NCBI GenBank assembly: GCA_001796355.1
Contig: MGMG01000081.1
Coordinates: 196 to 64,195, forward strand
DNA: 64,000 nt
From: Chloroflexi bacterium GWB2_54_36
GTDB lineage: Bacteria; Chloroflexota; Anaerolineae; Anaerolineales; Anaerolineaceae
Direction: 5' to 3'
The notes below the pieces were generated by a model. It was not told the DNA's origin and did not search any database. It saw nothing but the letters and a program-made list of their open reading frames with translations. How positions within the stretch are numbered: position 1 is the first letter of the stretch; each line of letters opens with the position of its first letter. Position numbers and translations under genes: made by a program. Shown one piece after another: positions 36,873 through 46,424 of the stretch.

Positions 36873-38395
36873 GAATCCACTCCAGTCTTGTAAATGGTTA
36901 CCTCAACGTTTTCATAAACTACCGGGAATCTGTTCACCCAGGTCAACTCACCCCCGAATTTTCGTTCGAGCGGGCCAATAAAAACATAATCAGCTCCGAT
37001 GGTTTCGATATATTCCATGATTTCATCGGTACTTTTCATACCATAAAATATTTGCTCAAGGGTTAATTGGGTATTATATGCGTCCGGAGTTTCTACATGA
37101 TGCCCATAAACGACTCGCCATCCGGTTTCACCCGGAATAAAAGCCCCGGTTCTGGGAGCAGCCAGGACAACATTCTCCGAAGGCCGGTTTACTAGCATCC
37201 ATCCGAAAGCAGTTTGCATGGAAACCGGATAAAACAAATCCGGATTGTGTTTTCCAATTTCCTTGATGGTCGAGCTGATGACAACCAGGTTGGTTATGAA
37301 TGAAGCAGTAACGGCTAACATTGCTATGGTGCGAATTAATCTCTTATTCTGTCGATAAGCCCAGCCAATGGCTATAGCGCCTAAACTGGCAACTGGAATG
37401 TAATAACCCAATAGAAAGCGCCGCTGCAGCTGAAACGGGAAATATGCCAATATTAATCCAGCAACGGACCACCCCACCAATAATTTATACTCCGCGACAT
37501 GGCCAGATTTTATTAAATAAATGATCGTGCCAATTGCCAGCAGCAACGCAGGGGAAAAACTTGCTAAAATATCCCAAATTGGAGGGGTTAGCGTAATGTT
37601 TTGAATATCCCATTCCCGCAAAACCGGATCTGACCTGAGCACAATGAATTGATAGATAAGGACCAATCCACCGGGGATAAAAAACCAAAGCATCCACCAG
37701 CGGACAGGATGTTGTTTTTTAATCATTTCCCACGCCTGAGTCAAGCCTGCTGCAACGCCCGCGACAACTACCCCGAATTGCATGGTAATTCCCAATAGCA
37801 TGCCCTTCAGCGTCAGGGGGATTATATGCCGCCGGATGAAAGGTTTTCGAAGTTGAACGAGAAAATCAACAACGAGCGCCATGCCCAGCGGAAAATGCGG
37901 GTTGGTGTACATGGACAAGAAAGGATAAGCTTCCGGGATCCAAAAATCTCCAGTCTGCCCACCCACTATCACGGCCATCCAACCCATGCCTGATCCAAAG
38001 CAGAGCAACAATAAGGCGATATTTTTGGTTTTTGTATCATGTCTTTCCAGATAAACATCAACGAAGCGGCATAATTGATACCAGAGCAAAATCACGGCAA
38101 GCCCGCGTGCTGCATGAAAGGTGAGAATCAGCGGCAGTCCAAGCCAACGGGCAACATGACCCAGGAAGAGATAGAACAAATAGAGATAATTCTTTCCAGG
38201 CGGAATACTGGAGCTGAGCATGGAAAATTGCCAGGATCCCAGCCAGCCCTCGCGCATTTTTCCAATATAAGAATAGTTATCGGGTATGTTTATGATGAAA
38301 CCGTTGAAAACCAAGTTATCGCTGGCTGCTGCGACACCTATTACTAACGGGAGCGCAATCAAAAATATGAGTAAACCCAAAATCGCATATTTCAT
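36869..38395 (-). CDS. Multi-TM membrane protein, GT-C-like (paralog of the next gene)
   Basis: About 11 hydrophobic segments; first-loop DNYSYIGKMREG; YPFLSMYTNPHFP; C-terminal VVYGHHVET...DYVFIGPLE. Confidence 0.75.
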   Translation of the reverse strand: MKYAILGLLIFLIALPLVIGVAAASDNLVFNGFIINIPDNYSYIGKMREGWLGSWQFSMLSSSIPPGKNYLYLFYLFLGHVARWLGLPLILTFHAARGLAVILLWYQLCRFVDVYLERHDTKTKNIALLLLCFGSGMGWMAVIVGGQTGDFWIPEAYPFLSMYTNPHFPLGMALVVDFLVQLRKPFIRRHIIPLTLKGMLLGITMQFGVVVAGVAAGLTQAWEMIKKQHPVRWWMLWFFIPGGLVLIYQFIVLRSDPVLREWDIQNITLTPPIWDILASFSPALLLAIGTIIYLIKSGHVAEYKLLVGWSVAGLILAYFPFQLQRRFLLGYYIPVASLGAIAIGWAYRQNKRLIRTIAMLAVTASFITNLVVISSTIKEIGKHNPDLFYPVSMQTAFGWMLVNRPSENVVLAAPRTGAFIPGETGWRVVYGHHVETPDAYNTQLTLEQIFYGMKSTDEIMEYIETIGADYVFIGPLERKFGGELTWVNRFPVVYENVEVTIYKTGVDS

Positions 38396-39930
38396 GGGTT
38401 CACCTTGGTTTTGAAGATAGTAACTTCATCGCCTTCAAAGACAACATCAAAAGCGTCGATCCAGGCTAAATCTCCGCCCAGCCCCCTTTCATCCGGTCCA
38501 ACGAAAACGGTATCGATCCCAAGCGAATCGAAATATTGCTGCACTTTAGCCAGGCTCATCTCACCTGAAAAAATATCCTCGACCTCCTGCTTTCGTTGAT
38601 TCGCATGCGGCGTTTCATAAGGATGGCCATAAACCACACGCCAACCGGTTGCTCCCGGGATAATTGACGAAGTACCTGGGGTAGCCAATACGACGCTGTC
38701 ATCTTTGCGATGGGCTAACATCCAATCGAATACCCCCTGGATACTCTTTGAATAATATAACTCAGGCTGATGTTGGGCGGCAGCAGACACGCCACCAATC
38801 AAAATAAACAGATTGCTGATCAGGGAAGCTGCGACCGCTGCAGCGGCGCTGACCCGCAACAATCTCTTTCCCGAGGTGGCCAGCCAATCAAGCGCAATCG
38901 CCGCCAGGCAGGCAATGGGGATGTAATAGCCCAATAAGAAACGCCGCTGGAGTTGAACTGGAACGTAAGCAAGAATTAATCCAGCTGCCAACCAAACGAC
39001 TAGAAGCTTGTATTTCTCCACCTCGCGAGACTTGATCGTCCAGGAAATTACACCCAAAGCAAGAATGAGTGCAGGAGAAAAACTGATCAAAATATCCCAA
39101 AGAGGCGGGGTATAGGTCAAATTTTGGGCGTTCCACCCGGCCAGAACCGAATCGGATTGAATAACAATGTATTGATAAATGAGAAATAATCCCCCCGGGA
39201 CTAGAAATCCAAGCATCCACCAACGTATCGGGGATTTATTCGCAATGATCTCCCACAATTGCACGCCGCCAGCTACCAGACCAGCCACCACCACCCCGAA
39301 CGGCATTACGATCGCCAGTAAAAGCCCCTTTATTACCAGCCCAAAAAAGCTACTCCGAGTAACTGGATTGCGCAGTTGAACAAAAAAGTCGAGGATTAAC
39401 GCCAACCCGAGCGGAAAATGCGGGTTGGAATACATGCTCAAGAAGGGATAAGCCTCAGCCACCCAGAAATCGGCAGTGAAGCCACCAAAAAAAGCTGCCA
39501 ACCAGCCCAAACCCGACCCAAAACACAACAGGGCAAAGGCAATAGTTTTTGTCCCCTGGCTGCGCCCTGCCAGATAAACGTCAATGAACCGGTATAGCAT
39601 CCAGCAGAGGAAAAAGGCACTCAGTACTCGGGCAGCATGGAACGTAAAAATAAGCGGTAACCCCAACCAACGGGAAACATGACCGAGAAAAATATAAAAT
39701 AGGAATAAGTAGCTTCCCTCCGGCTCCTGACTGGAATTTAGCAAGGTAAATTGCCAATGTCCCAGCCAGCCTTCCCGCATCTTGCCGAGGTAGGAATTAC
39801 CGTCAACAGGATTTAATAAGAACCCGTTAAAGACCAGACTGTCTCCCCCGCTTTGAGCCGCGAACAGATACGGGAGCGTCATGAGCAAGATCGTCAATGA
39901 AGTAAGGATGATAAAGCTGCGCTTTGACAT
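38392..39930 (-). CDS. Multi-TM membrane protein, GT-C-like
   Basis: DGNSYLGKMREG, YPFLSMYSNPHFP and VVYGHPYET...VFVGPDE; colinear with 36869-38395. Confidence 0.75.
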   Translation of the reverse strand: MSKRSFIILTSLTILLMTLPYLFAAQSGGDSLVFNGFLLNPVDGNSYLGKMREGWLGHWQFTLLNSSQEPEGSYLFLFYIFLGHVSRWLGLPLIFTFHAARVLSAFFLCWMLYRFIDVYLAGRSQGTKTIAFALLCFGSGLGWLAAFFGGFTADFWVAEAYPFLSMYSNPHFPLGLALILDFFVQLRNPVTRSSFFGLVIKGLLLAIVMPFGVVVAGLVAGGVQLWEIIANKSPIRWWMLGFLVPGGLFLIYQYIVIQSDSVLAGWNAQNLTYTPPLWDILISFSPALILALGVISWTIKSREVEKYKLLVVWLAAGLILAYVPVQLQRRFLLGYYIPIACLAAIALDWLATSGKRLLRVSAAAAVAASLISNLFILIGGVSAAAQHQPELYYSKSIQGVFDWMLAHRKDDSVVLATPGTSSIIPGATGWRVVYGHPYETPHANQRKQEVEDIFSGEMSLAKVQQYFDSLGIDTVFVGPDERGLGGDLAWIDAFDVVFEGDEVTIFKTKVNP

Positions 39931-40036
39931 GGGAAGTGTGAACTAAAGTATACTTGAGAAGAAAAAGGCACGCAACGCGCGCACCTTACATAATTGTTTA
40001 TAAACCCCATTCCATAAATCACCTATAATTTAAACT

Positions 40037-40738
40037 ATGAGCCACAGCTTTCACCTCTACCAGCTTCAAAAAATTGATACTCAGCTTGACCAGGGCACGG
40101 CACGCATCCTGGAAATCAAGGCAAAGATCGATAGCGACAACCGCGTGACTAATGCGGAAACAGGAGTAGCCGAAAGTTTGGCAAGCCTGAAGGCTGCACA
40201 AGCACATCTGGCCAAAATCGAACAGGAAGCTGCCGCCAAACGTATGAAGCTGGAACAAAGTGAATCAACCTTGTACGGAGGAAAGGTAAAAGTTCCAAAA
40301 GAACTGCAAGATTTGCAACACGAGGTTGCCTCACTCAAACGAGTCGTTGCAGGGTTGGAAGATCAACAGCTTGAAGCCATGATGCAGGTTGAAGAAGCGC
40401 AGGCAAGTTGCGATGCAGCCAATAAGCATTTGATCCATAAGCAAGGTGAAACTACCAGTGAAAATGCGGTATGGATGGGTGAAAACGGCATGCTGACAGC
40501 ATTGAAAGCGCGTCTGCAGATTGAACGCGATGCAATTGTCAACCAGATCGATCCAGTCTACCTTGAGGAATATGCCAGACTGCGAAAAAACAAGCGCGGG
40601 GTTGCTGTAGCGACTCTTTCGGAAGATACCTGTTCGGCTTGCGGCTCGCTCCTCACTGCTGCAGATCGTCAAAACGCTCGCTCACCCATCCAGGTCTCTC
40701 ATTGTCCTTCGTGTGGTCGATTTCTTTACGGTGGTTAG
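40037..40738 (+). CDS. Coiled-coil + C4 zinc-ribbon protein (DUF164/CT398-like)
   Basis: LYQLQKID, long coiled coil, CSACG...CPSCGRFLY. Confidence 0.88.
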   Translation: MSHSFHLYQLQKIDTQLDQGTARILEIKAKIDSDNRVTNAETGVAESLASLKAAQAHLAKIEQEAAAKRMKLEQSESTLYGGKVKVPKELQDLQHEVASLKRVVAGLEDQQLEAMMQVEEAQASCDAANKHLIHKQGETTSENAVWMGENGMLTALKARLQIERDAIVNQIDPVYLEEYARLRKNKRGVAVATLSEDTCSACGSLLTAADRQNARSPIQVSHCPSCGRFLYGG

Positions 40739-40746
40739 GCCAAACA

Positions 40747-43257
40747 ATGTTACAAAACTTTGACAAAATTTCCTTCTGGCTGGGTTTTTTAGCTGCCAGT
40801 TTATTCTGGTGGATCGCTGTTCGATTTTGGCGGCAATTTCCACAGGCAAAGACACAGCTAAAAAATCGATTTACCAATCTGCGTGCCCGGCAAATCGCTG
40901 GAATTGATGGCACTTTACGCCGTGAAGTATTAAAACGGGCTCAACGCAATCATCTAGCCAGTCCTTTGTTTTCATTGGATGAAGTCCTGGTTGTTCCGCG
41001 CCTGCAGGCTCCTCCCCCGCAGGTTGATCCGGATAATCCGGACCCGTTTGGCAGTTTCCGACCGCCGATTATTCCGAACCTTCCATACGTCCCTCAGTTT
41101 TCCGCCCAGTATGACGGCGATAGCCTGTCGCTGGTGCGAACCGTACGGTCTGGGGTTGATCTTGCTATCATTGGCCACCCGGGCGCAGGAAAGACAACCG
41201 CATTAGCCTATTTAGCTTCACTTTTCGCTCGAAAAGATGAATCCCTTGGCTCAATAGCCCAATATTTCCCCATTTATCTTCACATAAATGACATCGAGGA
41301 CCTGACAGATACCAAGCAGGATCCCGGGGATATCCTCGCCAAGGCATTGTCATGGCATACACCGGCCGCCAGCCGCCCTCAATTGCCCGGGTTCATTCAT
41401 AAGACCATAGCTGCAAAAAAAGCAATATTGATTCTGGATGGATTGGATGAAATTCCTTTTGAGCCATACCAGCAGGCTGTTGGTTTCCTCTCCCGCCTGA
41501 TTAAAACCCAGTTCAAATTGCGCATCGTGACGACTGCTGCGATCGATCGCGCAGAGGGGCTATTCGAGCTAGGCATCGAACCGCTGCCGATTGCCGGGTG
41601 GAATCGCAGCGATATCACCAGCTTCACAAAAAGGTGGGGCAGCCTGTGGAATTCCCACATCGCCCCTCGGACCGGCGCGAACAATGACGGCCCCATCGAT
41701 GATTTGCTAATTGATGCCTGGCAGGCTGCCGACGGTGATTTTTACACACCCATCGAGTTAACCTGCCGTCTGTGGGGAGCGTTTTCAGGAGATCTGCCCG
41801 GCATGCGTGGAGTGGATGCCATATCCGCATATTTCAGCCGGCTTGAGGGCCAGGGTATCAATCTACAATCTCTGGCCAGCCTGACAGACCAACTCATCTC
41901 GATGAAACAGAGCTATACAACGTACATCGAAGCCGAAAAAGAATTCTCTTCATCAGGAGCAACCTACACCAACTTAATTGACGAACGCCCCCTGAGGGGT
42001 GAAGCGCAAACTCCTGTGATTCAGATTCCGCTGGAAACCTTAGGTCTGGATAAAAAACTGCGGATGGCAACCAGCGAGGAAAAAAGTATCGACAAATTGA
42101 TCGATATGGGAGTCTTGCGAGAGCATCCACACGAGCGGCTTTCATTTTCTAATCCAGTTTTGTGGGGATATGCCGGCTCGCTATCCAATTACACCTATGA
42201 TCTGTCGTCCAAATCACCAGATGATGATCCATGGAGCGCCGAATCGGAATTTTTTCATTATCTGCTGTCCAGCACGCCGGCAGAGTGGCTGAAGACGTAT
42301 CTCGCAGAAGACAAGCCGCCATTTTATTGGCGGACAACGCAGGTTACGCTTTGGATGCGTGATCTTACGCCTGGCAACGCCAATCGTTCTTATATCATGC
42401 GCCACCTGTTAGCGCTCACCCAGCTAGAATCCCTGCCGTATCCCACCCGGCTCGGGTTGTTGGGCGCGGCTGCCATGTCCAATGACCCAGCGCAGAACCT
42501 TTTAATGAACCAGCTGGCAAGTTCCCCCTCAGTGCCGTTGAAGCAAATTGCCGCCCTCTGCACTGGGATCCTGCGCGAGCCGAAATCGATCGCTGAACTC
42601 ACTGCAGCTGGAACGGATGAGCAAGAATTAGTTCGATTTGCTGCTTGTTTTGCAATTGCCGCCCTGGAGACACCAGAAGCCCAGGCTACCCTCGAAAGCA
42701 CCATTAATCAAGGCGACGAGCACACGCGGTTAGCCGTCGCAGAAGCAGCAGCTTTACGACCTCCCTGGGGGCACAAGTTGCTGCGTGAAGCCGCAGCCTC
42801 TGCGGATATTCTCACCCGGCGGGCAGCGATCTACGGTCTGATGCAGCTCAAAGCGCCCTGGGTTGCCGAGTTGTTTGAAAAAATAGCCACAGAAGACGGC
42901 CAATTTGTTGTGCGAAATTTAGCCGGCAGCGCTCTGGAGTCTCTGCAGCGCACCCGAAACAAAAGCCGAGCCGTTCTGGGTCCACCCGCCGATACCCCCT
43001 GGTTGATTACTTATGCCGCCAAAAGCGGGCATGGAATCCCCCGAAACGAATCCCCGGTTCCACTATTGCTAAAAGTAGCCAATTCTGGCACCCCGGACCA
43101 ACAAATTGCAGCGGTACAACTGCTGGCGCGTTGCCAGGATGCCTCTGCTACCGATGGGATCCGCACTGCGCTGGGCGCAGCCGATCTTGACCTGCGGGTT
43201 GCCGCGCACTACGCGCTCTGGTTCGCTAATCTGACCCACAAGAATTCAGGGCAATAA
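40747..43257 (+). CDS. N-terminally membrane-anchored NACHT-type NTPase with C-terminal HEAT repeats
   Basis: TM segment FWLGFLAASLFWW, Walker A GHPGAGKTT, Walker B ILILDGLDE, and HEAT-like repeats (VRFAACFAI, TRLAVAEAA, TRRAAIYGL); start placed at ATG 40747. Confidence 0.8.
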   Translation: MLQNFDKISFWLGFLAASLFWWIAVRFWRQFPQAKTQLKNRFTNLRARQIAGIDGTLRREVLKRAQRNHLASPLFSLDEVLVVPRLQAPPPQVDPDNPDPFGSFRPPIIPNLPYVPQFSAQYDGDSLSLVRTVRSGVDLAIIGHPGAGKTTALAYLASLFARKDESLGSIAQYFPIYLHINDIEDLTDTKQDPGDILAKALSWHTPAASRPQLPGFIHKTIAAKKAILILDGLDEIPFEPYQQAVGFLSRLIKTQFKLRIVTTAAIDRAEGLFELGIEPLPIAGWNRSDITSFTKRWGSLWNSHIAPRTGANNDGPIDDLLIDAWQAADGDFYTPIELTCRLWGAFSGDLPGMRGVDAISAYFSRLEGQGINLQSLASLTDQLISMKQSYTTYIEAEKEFSSSGATYTNLIDERPLRGEAQTPVIQIPLETLGLDKKLRMATSEEKSIDKLIDMGVLREHPHERLSFSNPVLWGYAGSLSNYTYDLSSKSPDDDPWSAESEFFHYLLSSTPAEWLKTYLAEDKPPFYWRTTQVTLWMRDLTPGNANRSYIMRHLLALTQLESLPYPTRLGLLGAAAMSNDPAQNLLMNQLASSPSVPLKQIAALCTGILREPKSIAELTAAGTDEQELVRFAACFAIAALETPEAQATLESTINQGDEHTRLAVAEAAALRPPWGHKLLREAAASADILTRRAAIYGLMQLKAPWVAELFEKIATEDGQFVVRNLAGSALESLQRTRNKSRAVLGPPADTPWLITYAAKSGHGIPRNESPVPLLLKVANSGTPDQQIAAVQLLARCQDASATDGIRTALGAADLDLRVAAHYALWFANLTHKNSGQ

Positions 43258-43271
43258 GCCGTAATCGCAAC

Positions 43272-43589
43272 CTAATCGGATGCAGCAGTAATTTTGCGCT
43301 GGAGATCTTCGGTGGATAACCCCGTGATCGTTACCAGGCGTTCATTCGAAGTTGGATTGCCAAGCAGTTCCACCTGATGAGATTTCACGTTAAAAAATGC
43401 TGCTACAAAAGCAGCCAGGTTCGCGTCGATTTCAGATTTGTTCTTAGCCATAAGCTGAATAAAAACCTTGCCATCGCGGCTGATACGCAAAATGCTATCC
43501 TGAGCAGCATTGATTTTGACATGGACGGCAATTGCAGCACCCACTCGGCCGTTATGGAATTGGGGGTTGGTGAGCCGCTTTGGTTTCAT
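43272..43589 (-). CDS. DUF167 (YggU-like) protein
   Basis: ATGA-coupled to yggT; AIAVHVKINA, DANLAAFVAAFFNV and RLVTITG; standard yggS-yggT-yggU context. Confidence 0.75.
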   Translation of the reverse strand: MKPKRLTNPQFHNGRVGAAIAVHVKINAAQDSILRISRDGKVFIQLMAKNKSEIDANLAAFVAAFFNVKSHQVELLGNPTSNERLVTITGLSTEDLQRKITAASD

Positions 43590-43852
43590 CGCAACCTTGA
43601 GAGCACCGATATCAATACCCACTCGACTACCTGAATTAAGATGATCAAGACGATCGGGCTGAAATCGAGCATTCCAAGAGGCGGCACCACCCGGCGAATA
43701 GGTAACAAGAGCGGGTTAACCATGCGGTCGAGAAACACGCGGATATTGTTATAGGGCGGCAGAAAATAAGATAGCAAGACGGAAGCGAGAACGGCCAGCA
43801 GCAATACTGTACTTAAAGTCTGAATGATGTTGATCAAAATAGAAATCAGCAT
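43586..43852 (-). CDS. yggT: YggT family membrane protein
   Basis: NPLLLPIRRVVPPLGMLDFSPIV. Confidence 0.92.
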   Translation of the reverse strand: MLISILINIIQTLSTVLLLAVLASVLLSYFLPPYNNIRVFLDRMVNPLLLPIRRVVPPLGMLDFSPIVLIILIQVVEWVLISVLSRLR

Positions 43853-44620
43853 TTATACCTGCCTTAATTTTGTGAGTTGCGATAAGGGTCTGTCCGGCCT
43901 GGGCCCAAGGATAGATGTACCGATCCGGACAAATGTGGCGCCTTCTTCGACCGCGGCCTCATAATCCGAACTGGTCCCCATGGACAGTTCTGCCCAATTT
44001 GACTGCGGAAATTGCTTACGCAAGTATTTTTGCAGTTCAACCATCTTTTTGAAGTGGATACGGGCTTCATCCCGGTTTGCGGTTAAAGGTGGCATGGTCA
44101 TCAAGCCATGTACCTGTAGGTGAGGGAACTCCAGGATTTGTCGAATTTCTGGTAATAATTGAGGCCAATTGCTGGCTTCGCCTGCGAGCCAACCCGATTT
44201 AGTTTCTTCGCCGCCGACGTTAAATTCGAGCAGGACGGGCAGCGGCTGGTTACGTTCTGCAAGCAGACGCTCCATTTTCTCTGCCAGATGCAGGCTGTCC
44301 AACGATTGCATCCAATCAAAATGATCACAAACCAATTTTGCCTTTCGGCTTTGCAAATGGCCAATCATGTGCCAGGTAATATCCGCCGAGTCGACTGCCT
44401 GGATTTTTTCTATGGCTTCTTCGGGATAATTTTCTCCAAAAATTTTTGCTCCGGCTGCAATTGCTGCTTGAATTACCTCCAATGGCTGCCCCTTGGAGAC
44501 GACTACCAGCTTGACCTCATCCGATTTTCGCCCGGCGCGCATAGCAGCAGCGCCGATACGCTCATAAACCTGGTTTAAGTTTTGCTTTATTTCAAGAAAG
44601 CGGTCCATTGTGGTTTTCAC
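43853..44620 (-). CDS. yggS: YggS-family PLP homeostasis protein
   Basis: LVVVSK, FGENY, WHMIGHLQSRK, GLMTMP and LSMGTSSDY...VRIGT. Confidence 0.95.
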   Translation of the reverse strand: MKTTMDRFLEIKQNLNQVYERIGAAAMRAGRKSDEVKLVVVSKGQPLEVIQAAIAAGAKIFGENYPEEAIEKIQAVDSADITWHMIGHLQSRKAKLVCDHFDWMQSLDSLHLAEKMERLLAERNQPLPVLLEFNVGGEETKSGWLAGEASNWPQLLPEIRQILEFPHLQVHGLMTMPPLTANRDEARIHFKKMVELQKYLRKQFPQSNWAELSMGTSSDYEAAVEEGATFVRIGTSILGPRPDRPLSQLTKLRQV

Positions 44621-45402
44621 GATGAAAGAGCGAGAAATGCGCCAAAGCGTCCGGTTTTACCGTGTTCGGCGCGGTGAGAGTACCAACGATTGAGGTCACA
44701 GGCAGTGCACATTCCGGCGATTTCGACTGAACCAACTTGTGCTTCCTCCAACAGGATGGCATTCGACTTCCACAAATTCAGATGCGTTTTCCCGTTCTTG
44801 TTTATCAGAATTTCATCCGCTCGTTCGCCAAAGCTGGCCTGCACTTGTTCGAACACATCCGCTCCAACCTGGTAGTGGTCTGGGCCAATGGACGGTCCAA
44901 TGCCAGCTAAAATATCGCCGGGACGCGTGCCGTACTGATCACTCATTTTTTCAACTGCGCGCGCGACTACCTTTTTGACCGTCCCCTGCCAGCCGGCGTG
45001 CACCACCCCAATGACTCGGCGGACAGGGTCATGAAGCAGAATAGGCACACAATCAGCGAAACGCATGAAGAGGGTAACTTCCGGATTATCGGTCAGAATT
45101 GCATCGCCTTTTTCGTGGGCAGCATCCAACGGTCGCGGGTTGCTGGTGCATATCACATCGGCGCTGTGTACCTGCCAAACGTCAAAAATGGATTCTACCC
45201 TGCGTTCCATCACCTCATAGATCCGTCGCCGATTTTCAATAACATTGGGGCGTTCATCCCCTACAGTACCTCCCAAGTTTAATGATACCCAGGGAGCTGG
45301 GCTGACCCCGCCTTTGCGGGTAAATATGCCGTGATCGACCTTGGAGGGACTAAAGCTCGCGAATTGAAAATATTCTAAGCCATTTCGTTGAATATAGGGC
45401 AT
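44617..45402 (-). CDS. pgeF: PgeF/YfiH-family protein
   Basis: SLNLG, QVHS, FADCVPILL, VHAGW, GPSIG and WYSHR; start placed at ATG 45402. Confidence 0.92.
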   Translation of the reverse strand: MPYIQRNGLEYFQFASFSPSKVDHGIFTRKGGVSPAPWVSLNLGGTVGDERPNVIENRRRIYEVMERRVESIFDVWQVHSADVICTSNPRPLDAAHEKGDAILTDNPEVTLFMRFADCVPILLHDPVRRVIGVVHAGWQGTVKKVVARAVEKMSDQYGTRPGDILAGIGPSIGPDHYQVGADVFEQVQASFGERADEILINKNGKTHLNLWKSNAILLEEAQVGSVEIAGMCTACDLNRWYSHRAEHGKTGRFGAFLALSS

Positions 45403-45407
45403 GTGGT

Positions 45408-46424
45408 TTAGCTTGCCTGCTGGATTTGAGATACAACGGCAAATTTGCCAGCCAACATCTTGCGCGTCTCGCGCATGCTCTCTTCGATCATGGGAAACAG
45501 GTACCACGAAGTCGTAATGCCAAAAAGCGCTCCGGTGATGGTTCTTAATACGGGCGTGCTCTCGCGGATTAGCATCCAATCCGGCAGTTGAGCGATCAGG
45601 CTCGGCAGTTGCGAAAAGCCGTCAATGCCAATCGGAATTAACCCGAATAATAACCAAAAGTACCAGCGCAATGGCTTGATCTTGCGGCCGGAAGCGATAA
45701 AAATGAGCGCGAACAACGCCATCGCCCCGTAAATAGCCACGTCGCGCTGGCACAACGCCACCTTGTATCCGATGGCTTCCGCGCCAAACCCCTGTTCTTC
45801 TCTTCCGGTAAACTTCCGCTCCTCAGTCAAGTTCAATACCTGTGAGCCGGTGATTTCTTCGTAGCTGGCAACCCCCTGGATTCCTGCTAATTCACGCGGG
45901 TAATAGGGCTGCGAGCCGTACAAAAACCAGGAGCGGAAAGGCAGTTGGTGGCAGAGCGGGCTGTAAACTTTATAAATCACATTGGCAGCCCCGGTCGCGC
46001 CGGCGCGAGAAAGAACGGGGGCCAAAAAAGGAAGTCCGACATATAAAATCAGAATAAAAGCGATAACCACCATATACCAGCGGCTAAACCACCAGGAGAA
46101 ACGATCGCTGCCCGATATGGTACGACCACGCTCGACCCGTTTGGCGTGTTTCTCGTCCCCAACGCGGGTCAGGTGGTCACTGCGGTCGCTAGCCGCTCCT
46201 AGAGCCACCTGAAGCTCCTGGCGGGTGATTGGAGCTTGCAGTTTGTATGGTCCGATCTGTGCAACCGGCACATGCTCTGAAAATGCTGCGCTGAGTTCCG
46301 GCGCCGCCTCGACATCGATAACTGCCAATTGGTGTGGATACATGCTGCCAAGCGATTTCAAATCTTGCTCAACTTGTTCGCTGGCAGCATGATTCTTTTT
46401 CACGTAAAGCGTAACGATAATCAC
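45408..46424 (-). CDS. DUF2085 membrane protein with N-terminal glutaredoxin-like domain
   Basis: YSPLCHQLPFRSW, ALCQRD and PIGIDG. The N-terminus TLYVKK...IDVE...VPV resembles DUF836 glutaredoxin-like proteins. Confidence 0.78.
   Translation of the reverse strand: MIIVTLYVKKNHAASEQVEQDLKSLGSMYPHQLAVIDVEAAPELSAAFSEHVPVAQIGPYKLQAPITRQELQVALGAASDRSDHLTRVGDEKHAKRVERGRTISGSDRFSWWFSRWYMVVIAFILILYVGLPFLAPVLSRAGATGAANVIYKVYSPLCHQLPFRSWFLYGSQPYYPRELAGIQGVASYEEITGSQVLNLTEERKFTGREEQGFGAEAIGYKVALCQRDVAIYGAMALFALIFIASGRKIKPLRWYFWLLFGLIPIGIDGFSQLPSLIAQLPDWMLIRESTPVLRTITGALFGITTSWYLFPMIEESMRETRKMLAGKFAVVSQIQQAS

Noticed and set aside
40639-45579. N-terminally extended ORF versions in the track (also 19306 xth, 19206 receiver, 23055, 27804, 34789, 40639, 43622, 45579, 63413)
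   Set aside because: The extensions overlap neighbouring genes or promoters and lack family similarity; downstream ATGs with RBS or translational coupling fit better.
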